Shown: positions 10,178 through 20,114, numbered from the stretch's first letter. The stretch: 64,000 bases of DNA from a bacterium (GCA_002686365.1 NZBZ01000018.1:32286-96285); one strand, 5' to 3'. Program-made: numbers and translations. The notes: a model not told the origin generated them from the sequence alone.

Positions 10178-10588
10178 TCAATTGCTTTGAACATATGAAT
10201 CTTCTCTGGCATGACCTTGTTTGAATACAAGAATCGCTACTGTGATTGAGCCCAGTATGTCCATTACAAAATCAAGAAGCGTATCATCTCTGGTTCCCAT
10301 AAATCCCTCCCAAACAGCATAATCAATAGTCCACTCAAAGAACTCCCATGTTATTCCGATAAAGGCTGTTCCTCCTACGATAATTATTAATGTTCCAAGC
10401 CATGATGTTCTCTCTATATCTTTCTTAAGAAGTATTCTTATAAACCAAGCTGCAAAAAATCCTCCAATAAAGTGCATGGGGATATCCAGTATTGGGAAAC
10501 CTGAAAGCGTATTAAATACTGCAAATATCCAAAACAAGGCAAAAAGAATGATTCCTCCTATAATTGGATATCGTATTGATGTATTCAT
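10178..10588 (-). CDS. Integral membrane protein (4 TM), likely start at MNTSIRYPI
   Basis: The hydrophobic profile supports a membrane protein. The upstream part of the ORF overlaps the next gene, so the internal Met was chosen as start. Confidence 0.4.
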   Translation of the reverse strand: MNTSIRYPIIGGIILFALFWIFAVFNTLSGFPILDIPMHFIGGFFAAWFIRILLKKDIERTSWLGTLIIIVGGTAFIGITWEFFEWTIDYAVWEGFMGTRDDTLLDFVMDILGSITVAILVFKQGHAREDSYVQSN

Positions 10589-10598
10589 GTGATAAGAT

Positions 10599-10811
10599 CT
10601 AAGATTTAAGAACTTTTTTCTTCCTATTTTTTTTCTCGCTGAAATAAAAGATATACGCAGCCTCAAGAAGAGCAACAGTATTTACCACCAGAATAATAAT
10701 AAACCACCACCTATGTCCTTTTTTTGATGCCTTCCAAAGAGCATATCCCTTCCACGGAAGGGTCCAAATTAGCAAAAGAAGAAATAGCGGTTCTTGATAG
10801 ATATCGAGCAT
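10599..10811 (-). CDS. Small membrane protein, PLDc_N-like (cardiolipin synthase N-terminal domain family)
   Basis: Two TM helices and LLLLIWTLPWKGYALWK are typical of PLDc_N. Confidence 0.35.
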   Translation of the reverse strand: MLDIYQEPLFLLLLIWTLPWKGYALWKASKKGHRWWFIIILVVNTVALLEAAYIFYFSEKKNRKKKVLKS

Positions 10812-10828
10812 GAGTTAAGTCTTGTGAT

Positions 10829-11053
10829 TTAAGAAGTTTCTATTTTAATTATTTTATTTTTTGAGGTTTGTCCGCTTACTATCATTATGTTTATTTGCGG
10901 AACCTGAAAGTGTTTTGCAAGTTTTCTAATTACTGCCAGATTTGCCTTTCCTTTCTCTGGTTGCTCATGTACTGCTATCTCAAATTCTGATTCACTTATT
11001 TGCTTTAAGTACTCTTTTTTTGCTTTTGGCTTTACTTTAACTGATATGTTCAT
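10829..11053 (-). CDS. DUF167 (YggU-like) protein
   Basis: The motifs ISVKVKPKAKK...IAVHEQPEKGKANLAVIRKLAKHF match the DUF167 signature (GKAN). Confidence 0.55.
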   Translation of the reverse strand: MNISVKVKPKAKKEYLKQISESEFEIAVHEQPEKGKANLAVIRKLAKHFQVPQINIMIVSGQTSKNKIIKIETS

Positions 11054-12723
11054 TTCTTCTTTGTGCCTGTGCCTTCTCTGCGTTTTATTCCCGCTTTTAC
11101 AAGCTCTCTAAATAATGGATGCGGATTTAGGGGGCGAGATTTGAATTCCGGGTGAAACTGACTCCCCACAAAAAAGGGGTGCTTCTCACGAGGAAGCTCT
11201 GCGATTTCCATTAATCTTCTGTCTGGTGACGCGCCGGAAAAGATAAGTCCGGCACGTTCAATCCTTTTTATATATTTTGGATTTACTTCGTATCGGTGAC
11301 GGTGCCGTTCAGAGATGCGCGGTTTCCCATATGCATCTCCTGCAATTGTTCCCTTTTGAAGACGCGCTGGATAGGCGCCAAGACGCATAGTCCCTCCATA
11401 GTTTTTCTTTGAAAGAAGCTCTTTCTGCTCCGGCAGAACATCGATAACCGGATTTGGAGTTTTTGCGTTTATCTCTGTGGTGTGAGCTTCTTTTATCTTT
11501 GCAACGTTTCTTGCGAATTCCACTACCATCATCTGCATTCCATAACAAAGCCCCAGATATGGAATGTTATGTTCTCTGCAGTACTTTACTGCCTGAATCT
11601 TTCCCTCTATTCCCCTTGAACCAAACCCTCCGGGTACGATAATGCCGTCAAGCTTTTCCAATTTTTTCAAACTTGTTCGGTATCCTTTATTTTTTTTATC
11701 AAATTCTTCTGCATCGAGCCATTCAATTATTGGCTTTCTCTTCTCCTTGTAGGCAGCGTGCTTAATTGATTCGATGACAGATATATAAGAATCAGTAAGA
11801 ACAAAGTCTCCTGTTGCAAAATATTTTCCTACAATGCCAATCCGCACCTCCTTTGTTGATCGTCGTATATTTCGTACAAATGCGCGCCACTCACCATCCT
11901 TTTTTTTCTTTCTTGTTCGGATGTTCAGTTTTTCCATTAATACGTCTCCGAGGCGTTCTTTCTCAAAATTTATTGGTACTTCGTAAATACTTTCAACGTT
12001 TGGTGCTGAAATGACGCTTTTTCCATCAATACTGCAGTGGAATGCAATTTTCTCTTTCCTCTTTTTATCAAGCGCAACATCTGCTCGTGCAATGATGACG
12101 TCTGGATGAATTCCTGCAGAGTGAAGGCTGCGTACTGCGTGTTGTGTTGGTTTTGTTTTTAATTCTCCCTCGCTTCCCTGGGTTGGAAGATAACTTACCA
12201 AAACGAGTAACACATTTTCCGGATGCTTAAACTTAAGCATTCGTACAGCCTCCAAAAAAAGGATGTTCTCATACTCTCCTACTGTTCCTCCAATTTCTGT
12301 TATAACCACATCTGCGTGATCTTTTTTTGATGCGCGTTCAATTCTACCGATCACCTCAAGCGGAATGTATGGTACAACACTTACGAATTTTCCTTTATAC
12401 TCGAGATTTCGTTCCTTTTGGATTACATCTAGATAGATGCTCCCAGTTGTCATATAGTTCCTTGCATCAAAATCTCGATCGAGAAAGCGTTCGTAATTTC
12501 CCATGTCCTGATCGCATTCGGTTCCGTCATCCATCACAAACACCTCGCCATGCTCCGTGGGATTCATGGTGCCTGCATCAACGTTTACATATGGATCTAT
12601 TTTTATCGCAGAGACTCCGAGTCCATTCATTTGGAGAATCTTTCCTATTGAGGAGCTTGCTACTCCTTTTCCGACTCCTGACATAACTCCTCCTACGACA
12701 AATATGTATTTTGTATCTGCCAT
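11050..12723 (-). CDS. pyrG: CTP synthase
   Basis: The N-terminal VVGGVMSGVGKG, the GATase domain (GLCYGMQ) and the length all match. Confidence 0.95.
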   Translation of the reverse strand: MADTKYIFVVGGVMSGVGKGVASSSIGKILQMNGLGVSAIKIDPYVNVDAGTMNPTEHGEVFVMDDGTECDQDMGNYERFLDRDFDARNYMTTGSIYLDVIQKERNLEYKGKFVSVVPYIPLEVIGRIERASKKDHADVVITEIGGTVGEYENILFLEAVRMLKFKHPENVLLVLVSYLPTQGSEGELKTKPTQHAVRSLHSAGIHPDVIIARADVALDKKRKEKIAFHCSIDGKSVISAPNVESIYEVPINFEKERLGDVLMEKLNIRTRKKKKDGEWRAFVRNIRRSTKEVRIGIVGKYFATGDFVLTDSYISVIESIKHAAYKEKRKPIIEWLDAEEFDKKNKGYRTSLKKLEKLDGIIVPGGFGSRGIEGKIQAVKYCREHNIPYLGLCYGMQMMVVEFARNVAKIKEAHTTEINAKTPNPVIDVLPEQKELLSKKNYGGTMRLGAYPARLQKGTIAGDAYGKPRISERHRHRYEVNPKYIKRIERAGLIFSGASPDRRLMEIAELPREKHPFFVGSQFHPEFKSRPLNPHPLFRELVKAGIKRREGTGTKKK

Positions 12724-12780
12724 ATCGTTTTCTATTGTAACACCGAGACCATTGATTTCCTAGTGATGCCGTAGTAACTT

Positions 12781-14355
12781 ATGTATATACCTATGTCTAC
12801 ACTTTCTCAACCAGTAGAAGGACTTTTGGAATCTTATCGGCTCTATCTTGAGAAAAAACGGCCTCGAGAAGAAGAGCCAAAGATTGAGGTTGATGAGATT
12901 GCCTCGAAAATTGCGGCCTTCTATGAAAAGTTCCGAAATCTTATTGATTATCAGGAAAGTCACCTTTTGCGGAAAAATGTCATTGGAAGGGCACTTCGAA
13001 GGCGGATTTTTTTGAAAGACATCAGCGGTGAGGATATTGCAGAACCTCTTATTAAAGAAATTATCCGCTCAGGATATCTTGGTAACAACACTATTCCGGA
13101 AAGTAAAATTTCCGAAGTTCAGAGGATTATTGATAATCTTCTCTTTTTTCTTGAGTATGGACGGTCGCTTTCAACATCTGAAGGGCGGGAGTTTTCCGAA
13201 TGGATTGTTGGCGTAACAGTTTGCGCGATTGAAGAAACTCTTGCCACACCAGAGAAAGACCGTTTGCTTGCGACCCTTATGTTCCAGACCCTGCGCCGGG
13301 ATCTTACAATTGCGGGCGCGAATGTTACAGATGACGTTAAAGATGTGCTTCTCTTTATTGCAATACAGAAGTCACTTTTTCGAGTCGATAATGATCAGCT
13401 TCACCATCGACTCTTACGCCTTATGTTTCCGGAGTGGGAAAATTCGAATACAGAAAACTCATCTTCTGTAGCAGGAAGTCTTTTTGTTACGCATAAAAAT
13501 GTTTCTGACTATCTTCGTCACCCCCTACTTCCTTCATTTCTAAAGCTCTGCAATCATTACAATACGGTATTTCAAACTCTTGGCGATCTTGTGTTTTCAA
13601 GTAAAGGATTTGATGATCTTGAGAAGGACGTTGAGGAGGTATACCAAGAACGATACAGGAAACAGCGCGGACGCCTTTTCCGAATGGCCTTTCTCAGCAT
13701 AATATCATTCTTCCTTTCGAAAATTCTTGTTGCTGTTGCGATCGAGGTTCCGATTGACTTGTATATCGCTAATCACTTTTCTTTGTTTCATACACTCTTA
13801 AACATTGCCCTTCCTCCTTTTCTCATGCTTCTTATTGTTGCCTCCATCCGGCTTCCCTCTAGGAAGAACCTCCATCTTGTACAAAGAGCGGTTCGATCTA
13901 TTGTGTTTGAGGGAGAACGAGAGGCTTACACTGTTCAGACCCCCAAGAAGAAGAGCTGGTTTATCTGGTTTCTTGTTCACTTTATCTACCTTGTTGTGTT
14001 TGTTGTTACTATCCGAATTATCGCAGCGTTTCTTCTCTCGCTCGGATTTAGCATTGCAAATGTTGTAGTCTTTCTCCTATTTACATCTCTTGTTACTGCT
14101 GTTGGCGTGAAGATTTATAATAGATCAAAAGACATCAGCCTAGAGAAAGAGCGGCCTAGGTTTTTCAACTTCCTTCTTGATCTTTTTACCATGCCGCTTG
14201 TAACAATTGGAAAGTGGCTCATTGCCGGATTTCGAAGGTTCAACATATTTGTTATTTTTACAAATGTGTTTATCGAGTTCCCCTTCCAGCTCATTGTTGA
14301 GTTTTTCGAAAATCTTCATGAGTTTGTTCGGAACAAGAAAGAAGAGATACAGTAA
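12781..14355 (+). CDS. Hypothetical protein with C-terminal multi-TM region
   Basis: This is the only long + strand ORF in this part of the window and is followed by a strong terminator; no family was recognised. Confidence 0.5.
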   Translation: MYIPMSTLSQPVEGLLESYRLYLEKKRPREEEPKIEVDEIASKIAAFYEKFRNLIDYQESHLLRKNVIGRALRRRIFLKDISGEDIAEPLIKEIIRSGYLGNNTIPESKISEVQRIIDNLLFFLEYGRSLSTSEGREFSEWIVGVTVCAIEETLATPEKDRLLATLMFQTLRRDLTIAGANVTDDVKDVLLFIAIQKSLFRVDNDQLHHRLLRLMFPEWENSNTENSSSVAGSLFVTHKNVSDYLRHPLLPSFLKLCNHYNTVFQTLGDLVFSSKGFDDLEKDVEEVYQERYRKQRGRLFRMAFLSIISFFLSKILVAVAIEVPIDLYIANHFSLFHTLLNIALPPFLMLLIVASIRLPSRKNLHLVQRAVRSIVFEGEREAYTVQTPKKKSWFIWFLVHFIYLVVFVVTIRIIAAFLLSLGFSIANVVVFLLFTSLVTAVGVKIYNRSKDISLEKERPRFFNFLLDLFTMPLVTIGKWLIAGFRRFNIFVIFTNVFIEFPFQLIVEFFENLHEFVRNKKEEIQ

Positions 14356-14387
14356 CAGCACAAAACGCCTTCAGGCCATAAAACACA

Positions 14388-14418
14388 AAACCCCAGCTCA
14401 AGCTGGGGTTTTGTTTAA
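14388..14418. terminator. Bidirectional intrinsic terminator (ccccagct-caa-gctgggg flanked by T-runs both ways)
   Basis: Hairpin with T-runs on both strands, between convergent genes 12781..14355(+) and 14426..15454(-). Confidence 0.75.
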
Positions 14419-14425
14419 GTTTCTG

Positions 14426-15454
14426 TTATCTCCTCTTCAAAATCACTGCGGGGTATATATCAATAAGAGCCAAGATAAAGCTTAGGATGAGTGGACCTAT
14501 TAAGAATCCCACTGGACCAAATATGGTAATGCCGCCGAGGACGCTTAGGAGTATCATAAACTGATGCATCTTTGTTCCCCGACCCATAAGGCGCGGGCCC
14601 AAAAAGTTATCAATTAGGCCCACAGCTACAAATCCCCAAATAAGAAGAAGGAATGCGCTTACAAGACTTCCGGAGAATGCGAGAAAAAGAACTCCAGGGA
14701 TGATAATGAGAGCAGTCCCTGCTCCGGGAACGAGAGCCGCAATAACTGCCAGACTTCCCCAAAGCGCTGGATTAGGGATTCCAAAGAGCGAGAATCCAAT
14801 TCCCGTAAGAATTCCCTGAATAATTCCAATAACGAGCGATCCCCGCACTACTGATGTGATTGCGGTTTTTATCTTTTCTATGATTTCTCTATTTTCTTTT
14901 TCTTTTAAGGGGGAGAGCTTGATTAGCTCCTCTTTTAATTTATCTCCATCTTTTAAGAAATAATAAAACGCCATAAGGCTTAGCACGATGTGAAGGGCAA
15001 TCTGCGCTATGCCTGAAAATACTGGGCCGATGTTTTCAATTACCTTCCCAAGCACCTGACGCGCATACTCCCCGATTTGCGCGTTTGAGATGTCGAATGA
15101 TGCCCCTGGAATATATTTTGTAATCAGATTTTTTGTGCTCTCAAACAGGCCCCCCAGTGTGCCGTTTGATGTCAGGCTGGAGTATACATCTTTTGATTCC
15201 TGAAATACCTGACTTCCCAGAAAGAAGAGCGGAATGAGAATAACTATAAATACCAGAATAAGAGTTACTGCCGCAGTAAGACTTTCTTTGCGGACGAAGC
15301 GGCGTAAGTAGTCGTATAAAGGCGAAAAGATAGCCGCAAGAATTCCTCCCACAATTATTGTGGTAATGTAGGGACGAATGATAATAAATCCAAGGACGAG
15401 CGCTGCCCCCAATAGTATAAGAAAAAAGTTTACGTGTGTTTTTGCTTTTGCCAC
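14426..15454 (-). CDS. AI-2E family transporter (PerM/YhhT-like permease)
   Basis: The 8-TM profile, the N-terminus and the length (~340 aa) are typical. Confidence 0.6.
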   Translation of the reverse strand: MAKAKTHVNFFLILLGAALVLGFIIIRPYITTIIVGGILAAIFSPLYDYLRRFVRKESLTAAVTLILVFIVILIPLFFLGSQVFQESKDVYSSLTSNGTLGGLFESTKNLITKYIPGASFDISNAQIGEYARQVLGKVIENIGPVFSGIAQIALHIVLSLMAFYYFLKDGDKLKEELIKLSPLKEKENREIIEKIKTAITSVVRGSLVIGIIQGILTGIGFSLFGIPNPALWGSLAVIAALVPGAGTALIIIPGVLFLAFSGSLVSAFLLLIWGFVAVGLIDNFLGPRLMGRGTKMHQFMILLSVLGGITIFGPVGFLIGPLILSFILALIDIYPAVILKRR

Positions 15455-15493
15455 TGTGTTACTTATTATACACTTTTTTCTTTTGCAGGCGTT

Positions 15494-16456
15494 TTAGTAA
15501 TGGATTGTTTTTGTAAGATGGTGGGGGTTTGGAAGTTTTCCTTCCTTACTCTTGTTCCATAATATCCAATCGATTTCAAACGCGTTTTTTTCTACTCCAT
15601 ACTTTTCTAATGCGTCCCTCAAATACTCTACTGCCCATATGGTTGCGCTCCGAATTTCTATCTCCTCTCTTGATCCCTGCGGAATAAAATCTTGCTGCTC
15701 TATTTTTTCTTCTAGTGTTTTTTCGTACTCGAATACATTCCAGTGACGAAGAATCTGCGGAATCTTGTAGTCTGCGAATGCTGTCAGCCACCCCATATGC
15801 TGCAGTGCTCCTACGCCCTCTCCGCCCAATGCGCCCCATATGTCTCCAACCAAAATTTGTGCCCGCTTCCAAAAGTAAATTTTCTCTCCTTTGTATATTA
15901 CCTCATCATTAAATGAGGGAAGTTCTTGTACAATTTTTTGTACAAGCTTGGAGCACTCTCCTTTTGCGTCTTCTATAAATTTTTTAGGATCTCCAGCGTA
16001 CTCTTCCACCATTTTTCTACTTACCCCCTGCACCATTTTCTGTCGTTCTTTTAAGAAGTATAAATTTTCTCCTCCTTGAAATATGTCTTCAAACTCCTTA
16101 GTGTCGACATGCTGAAGATATTCAAATGTTGCCTTGTCTGGGTGTTCTTTAAAAAATTTTTTAAAAGAAAGTGCCGCCCCGTTGTATCCCTTCTCTTTTT
16201 TGCCTTGATGTTCAATATACCACCTCTCTTCCTCCTTGTTCCAAAAGCAGAAGTTTAATGTATCGAGAAGAAATTGATATGTGAGAAGCGCTTTTTCATT
16301 CTTGCTATCGAGATGGATGTTTACGTTCCATGACTCTTCTGGCATGCCCTCCTCTGCCCACCTTACTGCTATCTTCTCAATCTGTTTTTGATTGATTGAT
16401 ACGTACGCTGCGCTTTGTATGATTGGATGTGTTGATGTTCGAACTGGATTTTCCAT
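15494..16456 (-). CDS. DUF2419 / queuosine-salvage (Qng1-like) family protein
   Basis: LDTLNFCFWN and the overall length/composition are consistent with the C9orf64/Qng1 family. Confidence 0.4.
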   Translation of the reverse strand: MENPVRTSTHPIIQSAAYVSINQKQIEKIAVRWAEEGMPEESWNVNIHLDSKNEKALLTYQFLLDTLNFCFWNKEEERWYIEHQGKKEKGYNGAALSFKKFFKEHPDKATFEYLQHVDTKEFEDIFQGGENLYFLKERQKMVQGVSRKMVEEYAGDPKKFIEDAKGECSKLVQKIVQELPSFNDEVIYKGEKIYFWKRAQILVGDIWGALGGEGVGALQHMGWLTAFADYKIPQILRHWNVFEYEKTLEEKIEQQDFIPQGSREEIEIRSATIWAVEYLRDALEKYGVEKNAFEIDWILWNKSKEGKLPNPHHLTKTIHY

Positions 16457-16457
16457 C

Positions 16458-16586
16458 CCAGTAGAAGTACTGCGATTGCATCACCTCCGATGATGCGTAT
16501 CACAGAACATTATATAGATTTTCTTTGTTTGACCATTTTTGCACTTTTCGATCCTTCTGCCCTGCTCTATCGCAGTACTCTACTGG
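16458..16586. repeat. ~130 bp element bounded by 18-19 bp inverted repeats (ccagtagaagtactgcgat / atcgcagtactctactgg); encloses a GGAGGTGA motif and abuts the ATG at 16456
   Basis: Arms read directly; they differ by one indel. An inner hairpin gcatca-cctccg-atgatgc is also present. Confidence 0.5.
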
Positions 16587-16611
16587 GTGCCAGCTTATTA
16601 TCAACGGGGGC

Positions 16612-16815
16612 TTATCCTTTGTATCCAATCTCTAAAATAAAGCCCGCTACAATAAGTACCATTCCTAATATTCCAAGCCTCTGCTCTCTTTTCATTGCTC
16701 TGAAAACACGCTTGCCAATCTTATGCTCGTTTAGCACCCTGTGATGAACACGCAAGGCTGCGAATCCTATTAGTAAAGTTCCTACTACTTCAAGTACATC
16801 TATTAAAACATTCAT
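16612..16815 (-). CDS. Small membrane protein (2 TM)
   Basis: ORF with two hydrophobic helices that fills the gap between flanking genes. Confidence 0.35.
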   Translation of the reverse strand: MNVLIDVLEVVGTLLIGFAALRVHHRVLNEHKIGKRVFRAMKREQRLGILGMVLIVAGFILEIGYKG

Positions 16816-16825
16816 ACTCTTATTC

Positions 16826-16856
16826 TATCAAAAATCCTCCGCATAAGCAGAGGATT
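16826..16856 (-). terminator. Intrinsic terminator after the glutaredoxin-like gene (aatcctc-cgcataagcag-aggatt + TTTTTGAT on minus)
   Basis: Hairpin followed by a U-run in minus-strand orientation, directly 3' of the stop at 16863. Confidence 0.6.
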
Positions 16857-16862
16857 TTTAAT

Positions 16863-17099
16863 TTATGAGATACTTAGCAGTTCTGAAAGTCTTTCCTTAT
16901 CAAATCCTATAACTGATTCATCATCTACCATGATTACTGGAACTCCCATCTGCCCTGTCTTTTCTACCATTTCTTCTTTTGCTGAATCATCTTCTGCTAT
17001 ATCTTTTTCTGAATACTCTATCTTATTTTCCTTAAAAAACTCTTTTGCCATTTTGCAATAAACACAAGATGGTGTCGTATATATTGTTACGTTAGCCAT
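16863..17099 (-). CDS. Glutaredoxin/NrdH-like redoxin (CVYC active site)
   Basis: YTTPSCVYCKMAKEFF..GVPVIMVDDESVIGFD is a classic glutaredoxin-fold signature at ~78 aa. Confidence 0.75.
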   Translation of the reverse strand: MANVTIYTTPSCVYCKMAKEFFKENKIEYSEKDIAEDDSAKEEMVEKTGQMGVPVIMVDDESVIGFDKERLSELLSIS

Positions 17100-17102
17100 A
17101 AA

Positions 17103-17215
17103 ACCTCACTAATATCGAATAGGGCACGAATATACGAATTCTTTACTCGTACATTTCGTATATTAGATATTCGTGCTTGATTTGTATATTCGTGTAGTAT
17201 TTACGACCTTTTCTT
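17103..17215. promoter_or_regulatory. Upstream region with an iterated ACGAATAT / ATATTCGT motif array including the palindrome TACGAATTCTTTA(C/T)TCGTA; ~85% identical to 38404..38515
   Basis: Two ~110 bp intergenic regions align nearly base-for-base, and both lie immediately 5' of minus-strand gene starts. Confidence 0.5.
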
Positions 17216-17229
17216 CCAATATTATTTTT

Positions 17230-17264
17230 CATCCCTCACATAACTTGTTATGTGCGGGATTCAT
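17230..17264. repeat. Mini-copy of the TIR element family: both arms (atccctcacataac / ttatgtgcggga) separated by 3 nt and flanked by ATGA on each side; the arm supplies the stop codon of the Cas4-like gene
   Basis: Sequence comparison with the full copies at 26193, 27809, 31823 and 46376. Confidence 0.5.
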
Positions 17265-18009
17265 GGAGTGCGGCGGCTTTTCTGTACGCGCAATATTCAC
17301 AGCTTGGATCAGACTCTGGAATTTTATCAGCTGAAAGGCAGGCGTGTGCTTCCTTAATTTTTCCTTCTACCCAGTCATCACTTCCTGTGTGCGGAAGGAG
17401 ATGTACGTCAAACTCGAGCTTTTTGTCGAATGCTTTTTTATCCTTATCTGCATTTACATAGACGAAGTATCCTGTATCTGATACTGCGTATCCGTTTTTT
17501 CTTAAAAGCCACTGGTATATTTCCATCTGACGCTTGTATCCGTCTTTATATCCTCCACCCGCGAGAGTAATTTCTCCTCGCGTGCTTGTTGCTTTGTAAT
17601 CTACGACAATTAGTTCTTTCTTTGGATTTACCCAAACGTCATCTACTGCTCCGGTTATAACAAGATTTGTAGGTCTATGCAGAAACTGCACTCCTACAAA
17701 GTTTTCTCTCCACTTATTTAGATCTTCATGCTGAAATGGAACAGCGTCTATTCCATACTCCTCCATAATAGGATGTTTTGATCCCTGCGCGCGGTGAATA
17801 TCGAACTCCTTCTTTAAAAGCTCATCTACTGCAACATTTAAAGTAAATGGAAAGCCGGGCGGACGGTCTGTGCCTAGCCGCCTATCTATATAAAAGCAGC
17901 GCGGACATCCGGTAAAAAGCTCAAGCCTTGATCGGCTTAGTCTGAAGGGCTCACTTGAATTTGGGTTAAAGAGATTTCTTTGTCGTTGTGGGTTATAGCT
18001 CCAGTCCAT
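17248..18009 (-). CDS. Cas4-like PD-(D/E)XK nuclease with Fe-S cysteine cluster (standalone, no CRISPR array nearby)
   Basis: It carries an N-terminal Cys pair (TGCPRCFY), a VVDYKAT (D..K) nuclease motif and a C-terminal CEYC. Confidence 0.45.
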   Translation of the reverse strand: MDWSYNPQRQRNLFNPNSSEPFRLSRSRLELFTGCPRCFYIDRRLGTDRPPGFPFTLNVAVDELLKKEFDIHRAQGSKHPIMEEYGIDAVPFQHEDLNKWRENFVGVQFLHRPTNLVITGAVDDVWVNPKKELIVVDYKATSTRGEITLAGGGYKDGYKRQMEIYQWLLRKNGYAVSDTGYFVYVNADKDKKAFDKKLEFDVHLLPHTGSDDWVEGKIKEAHACLSADKIPESDPSCEYCAYRKAAALHESRT

Positions 18010-18017
18010 GGGTTCGC

Positions 18018-19016
18018 CTATATTTTTTCTTTTACTATCGTCCTCTCAAAGCAAGCCTCGCCCTCTTCATGGGTCCAGCTGTTTGATTCTATATAATACT
18101 GCTCTCTTTCCCCTGCATCTTCCAAAGTTCTTACAGGAATTGGTTTTCTTTCCAGATATACGTATGGTTCTATAAACTCCTTGCCTCTAGTTTCTTTTTC
18201 GAATGCTGCGCATAACTCAAAACTCATCTCTCCTGTAATCCTATATCCATATGTTTCTTCTGTTACTGGATCTCTTAACGGGTCATATCCATTCTCTCTT
18301 GCTTCAATTCCTAATTCATCAAGCGAGCTAGGAAGAGTTGACGTTGGTGCTCCCTGCCTCCAATTCTCTACAATTCTACTCTGGATAATCTGAAGATCCT
18401 GCATTCTTCTATCGTCGTTTTTGTAAGCGCGCTCATCCGCAGGAGAATCAATTAGTACAAATCCAACAATTATTACAGCGAGTACGAAGACAATTGTTTT
18501 CCATACAAATATCTTTTTTGCTGGCAGACCTAATATCTTGTATGACCATGGTGTTTTTTTCACACTCTGTAAGTAGTACCAGAATATTGCTGCAGCTATT
18601 ACAAGAACAGACAAGAATTTCAAGATAAAGCGCGGGGTGAGTTCGCCTCCCAAAAATTCAAAGATAAGGCGCACCAGATCAATAATGATAATTATCGCTG
18701 TTGCAAAGAGTGTAAAATACACCAGCCACTTCCTGATTTTGAGCTCTTTTTTTTCAGGCTCTCTATTATATGCCCTCTCCAGAAATCTTCCTGTTCCCAA
18801 CAGCACTGGAAACATCACGATGAGTACTGCAATACTCCACCTAACTGCGCTGTTTATTCCGTAAAACCTATATCCTCCCTCTGCCGCATCAGGAAAGCCG
18901 ATGTTTATCACTTGCCAGAGAATCGAAATTAGTGCGATTGCTGACCCATATAGCGTGATAATGTGAAGGAGATGTAAAAAGAAATCTCTCGGAGTTGTGT
19001 GTGTTTTATTCTTCAT
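18018..19016 (-). CDS. Polytopic membrane protein, hypothetical
   Basis: It has 6+ hydrophobic segments in its N-terminal half and a soluble C-terminal domain. Confidence 0.4.
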   Translation of the reverse strand: MKNKTHTTPRDFFLHLLHIITLYGSAIALISILWQVINIGFPDAAEGGYRFYGINSAVRWSIAVLIVMFPVLLGTGRFLERAYNREPEKKELKIRKWLVYFTLFATAIIIIIDLVRLIFEFLGGELTPRFILKFLSVLVIAAAIFWYYLQSVKKTPWSYKILGLPAKKIFVWKTIVFVLAVIIVGFVLIDSPADERAYKNDDRRMQDLQIIQSRIVENWRQGAPTSTLPSSLDELGIEARENGYDPLRDPVTEETYGYRITGEMSFELCAAFEKETRGKEFIEPYVYLERKPIPVRTLEDAGEREQYYIESNSWTHEEGEACFERTIVKEKI

Positions 19017-19024
19017 ACTAAATA

Positions 19025-20110
19025 TTATATCCCCTCAATACGCTCTCTGGCAATCTTCTCTGCTGTTTTTCTCGGACTCTCCCCTGTTTCTTTTGCCCTA
19101 TCAAGTATTTCTTTTGTATTTTTTGTAATCTTTTCTTCTACAAGCCTGAACATCTCCTCCTCTCCCTTTTCAACGTGTTCAGCGTAAGATGAGATAACTC
19201 CTCCGGCATTTGCAACAAAATCCGGCACTATTAAGATTCCCTTTTCATGAAGCTCTTCTTCAAGCTCCTCCTTCATTGGGATGTTTGCCCCCTCTACAAT
19301 AATTTTTGCCCTTATATTATTTATATTCTTTTCGTGTATCACGTCTGGAAGCGCTGCAGGGATTAAAACATCCACATCAAGTTCGAAAATTTTTGTTCCC
19401 TCGATCTTTTCTGCATCTTCATATTCTATTACTGACCCCTTATCTTTTTTAATTTCAAGAACTTTTTTCCAGTCTAATCCATCAGGATTATGAATTGCGC
19501 CTTTTGAATCTGACACTGCAACAATTTTTGCTCCCATCTCAGTTAAGAACTGCGCAGCAAAGACTCCTACATTTCCATACCCTTCAATGGCGACTGTTGC
19601 TCCTTTTACTTCTATGCCTTTATGCTCTAGTGCGGTTTTTGCTGCATGCGCTACACCAAACCCTGTTGAACCCAGCTCATGCGGGAGTCCTCCCATGTCA
19701 GCCGGCTTTCCTGTTGCAGCTTTTGAATCTCCATGGCCCTCTATGAGCCACTGCATCTCAATTTCTGCCATATTCATGTCCGGAGCTGCAATATAGTATT
19801 TTGGCGCGTACATTTTGAGAGATTCTCCAAACCACTTCACAATTTCTTTTTTTGTCTTCTCATCTGCGCCTTTTGGGTCAAATGCAATGCCGGACTTGCC
19901 TCCTCCAAACGGAAGGTCTGCTACTGCGTTTTTTAAAGTCATAGCGCGGGCAAGACGGCCTACTTCTTCTTCATTTACAGTTCCGGTCATCCGTATACCT
20001 CCCTTGCTTGGGCCGCGCTTTATATTATCGATAACTGTAAATGCCCAAACATCATGCTTGGGATTGTACATTTTTATAACGTATGCTGGTCCGATTTTGT
20101 CTCCTTCCAT
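19025..20110 (-). CDS. Glu/Leu/Phe/Val dehydrogenase family (size fits leucine/valine dehydrogenase)
   Basis: The GGGK(S)G catalytic lysine motif and a Rossmann-type GYGNVG are present; total length is 361 aa. Confidence 0.7.
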   Translation of the reverse strand: MEGDKIGPAYVIKMYNPKHDVWAFTVIDNIKRGPSKGGIRMTGTVNEEEVGRLARAMTLKNAVADLPFGGGKSGIAFDPKGADEKTKKEIVKWFGESLKMYAPKYYIAAPDMNMAEIEMQWLIEGHGDSKAATGKPADMGGLPHELGSTGFGVAHAAKTALEHKGIEVKGATVAIEGYGNVGVFAAQFLTEMGAKIVAVSDSKGAIHNPDGLDWKKVLEIKKDKGSVIEYEDAEKIEGTKIFELDVDVLIPAALPDVIHEKNINNIRAKIIVEGANIPMKEELEEELHEKGILIVPDFVANAGGVISSYAEHVEKGEEEMFRLVEEKITKNTKEILDRAKETGESPRKTAEKIARERIEGI

Positions 20111-20114
20111 AGAT

